From positions 496,001 to 560,000 of the forward strand of contig CDRNST010000052.1 in the NCBI GenBank assembly GCA_977016875.1: a stretch of 64,000 nucleotides of DNA, given 5' to 3'. A program made the position numbers and the translations under genes. Shown here in pieces: positions 62,824 to 64,000 of this stretch; the first letter of the stretch is position 1, and each line of letters begins with the position of its first letter. The notes under the pieces are model-generated. The model saw nothing but the letters and a program-made list of their open reading frames with translations. It was not told where the DNA came from and did no database searches. The DNA is from Pavona decussata (Eukaryota).

Positions 62824-63808
62824 AGGTGTCATTGACCATGCGGACCGTGACGAAGGGTTATATTTAACTTGAGAGCTCCAAGAATAGAAACTTGTGTTTA
62901 TAAACACCGCGCAAAGACGCTAAACATACTGAGCCGGCAAACATAGCCGAGTAGCCGTTAAGTTTAGTGCATGTTAATCGCGTGCCCTCGCTTTTTCTGT
63001 AACTGAGAGTAACAACAAGTTCTTTCTTAGTTTTTTGAATGACAGAAGTTGATTAATCAGCTATTATGTAGGTAAAGTGTAACAAAAAGAAAATGACAGG
63101 CAATCAAGCATAAGACTGCCAAAAGAGAGCCATTAGACACAAAACGTATGTCAACCCTTCAATGCGGACGTTTCGGTTGGCATTCCCCGCACACTTTGAT
63201 AGCTATCATTTCAGCTCCTTATTTATACCTAGATTCTTCTTTTTGTTCAACCAGAAACGAACAAAGCTGAATTTTAGATGTACGTAAATGTGCCGGGCAA
63301 TTATCGAATTCAGTTATAAGTAAACAATGACCATTATTTCGCACGAAAATATCAGTATAGTACAGCACTGAAGAGAGGCTGACGGTTGAAAACTGGGGAA
63401 TGTTGCATCATCTGTCTGACCTGCGCCAGGTTTTGTTTGGGAATATTGAGTCACATGATACATTTCGGCCAATCACTGCAAAGTAAATCTATATTTGATG
63501 GATTGTTTGCATTGCGGACCCGGATGTTACTCTCTGTTTCACTTTCAAGAGCCGAGCGTCGCAGCAGTGCTCTGGCAAAACTATCGCGTCAACTCAGTTT
63601 TCATGTGTCAACTGAAGGCCGTTCCGGCGTGGTTTTCGTGTCGGCACGAACAAAGCCTTAATGATTTTATGATTCATCGGCCAGATTTACGACTGTTCGT
63701 GTTGGAATAATGATAATAATAGGCTACAGTCAGACGATACTTAAGAGGCATATTAAGTTAAGAGAGCTTCGTATATCTCCAGTCCAGCTTATTAATATCA
63801 GGAAGTAC

Positions 63809-63814
63809 AATAAG

Positions 63815-63853
<39 letters not shown>

Positions 63854-63876
63854 ATAGATAAATAAGTAAATAAGTA
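63809..63876. repeat. (AAAT)n microsatellite
   Basis: About 16 imperfect AAAT units. Confidence 0.9.
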
Positions 63877-64000
63877 ACTAAATGCACTGAACATATTTTC
63901 TTTTACATTTAATGACCTTCGTTTTGGTGGTATTTGCATTTTGCCGATTGTAAAGAAATTTTTAAGCCCAAAAAGTTAAATGTTTAATACATCCCGTTCG

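Overview
AT-rich, intron-containing animal DNA. The gene content and the MITE/SINE/L2 repeats resemble an anthozoan cnidarian, probably a stony coral (inference). Supported genes: (1) the end of a PIF/Harbinger transposon with a frameshifted Myb/SANT-like gene (1-926); (2) a complete Hippo-pathway kinase LATS/Warts on the - strand (3 coding exons, 4249-9606, 1069 aa); (3) an 8-exon Pitchfork/PIFO (CIMAP3)-like ciliary gene on the + strand (36786-48428, 258 aa), mostly missed by the ORF track, with an RFX X-box upstream and an extra C4 zinc-finger region; (4) a 315-aa uninterrupted ORF (52509-53456, -) with a motif resembling the HEATR4 N-terminus. About 26 kb between LATS and PIFO has no credible CDS and contains a 151-N gap. 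The most unusual structure is a 3.06-kb foldback element in PIFO intron 1. It has arms over 1 kb, 20-22-bp subterminal arrays, a 6-bp TSD, a pogo/Tigger fragment in the loop, and a 35-bp mini-transposon with a 9-bp TSD in one arm only. No CRISPR array, rRNA or true tRNA gene was seen. Family assignments come from recalled motifs, not database searches.
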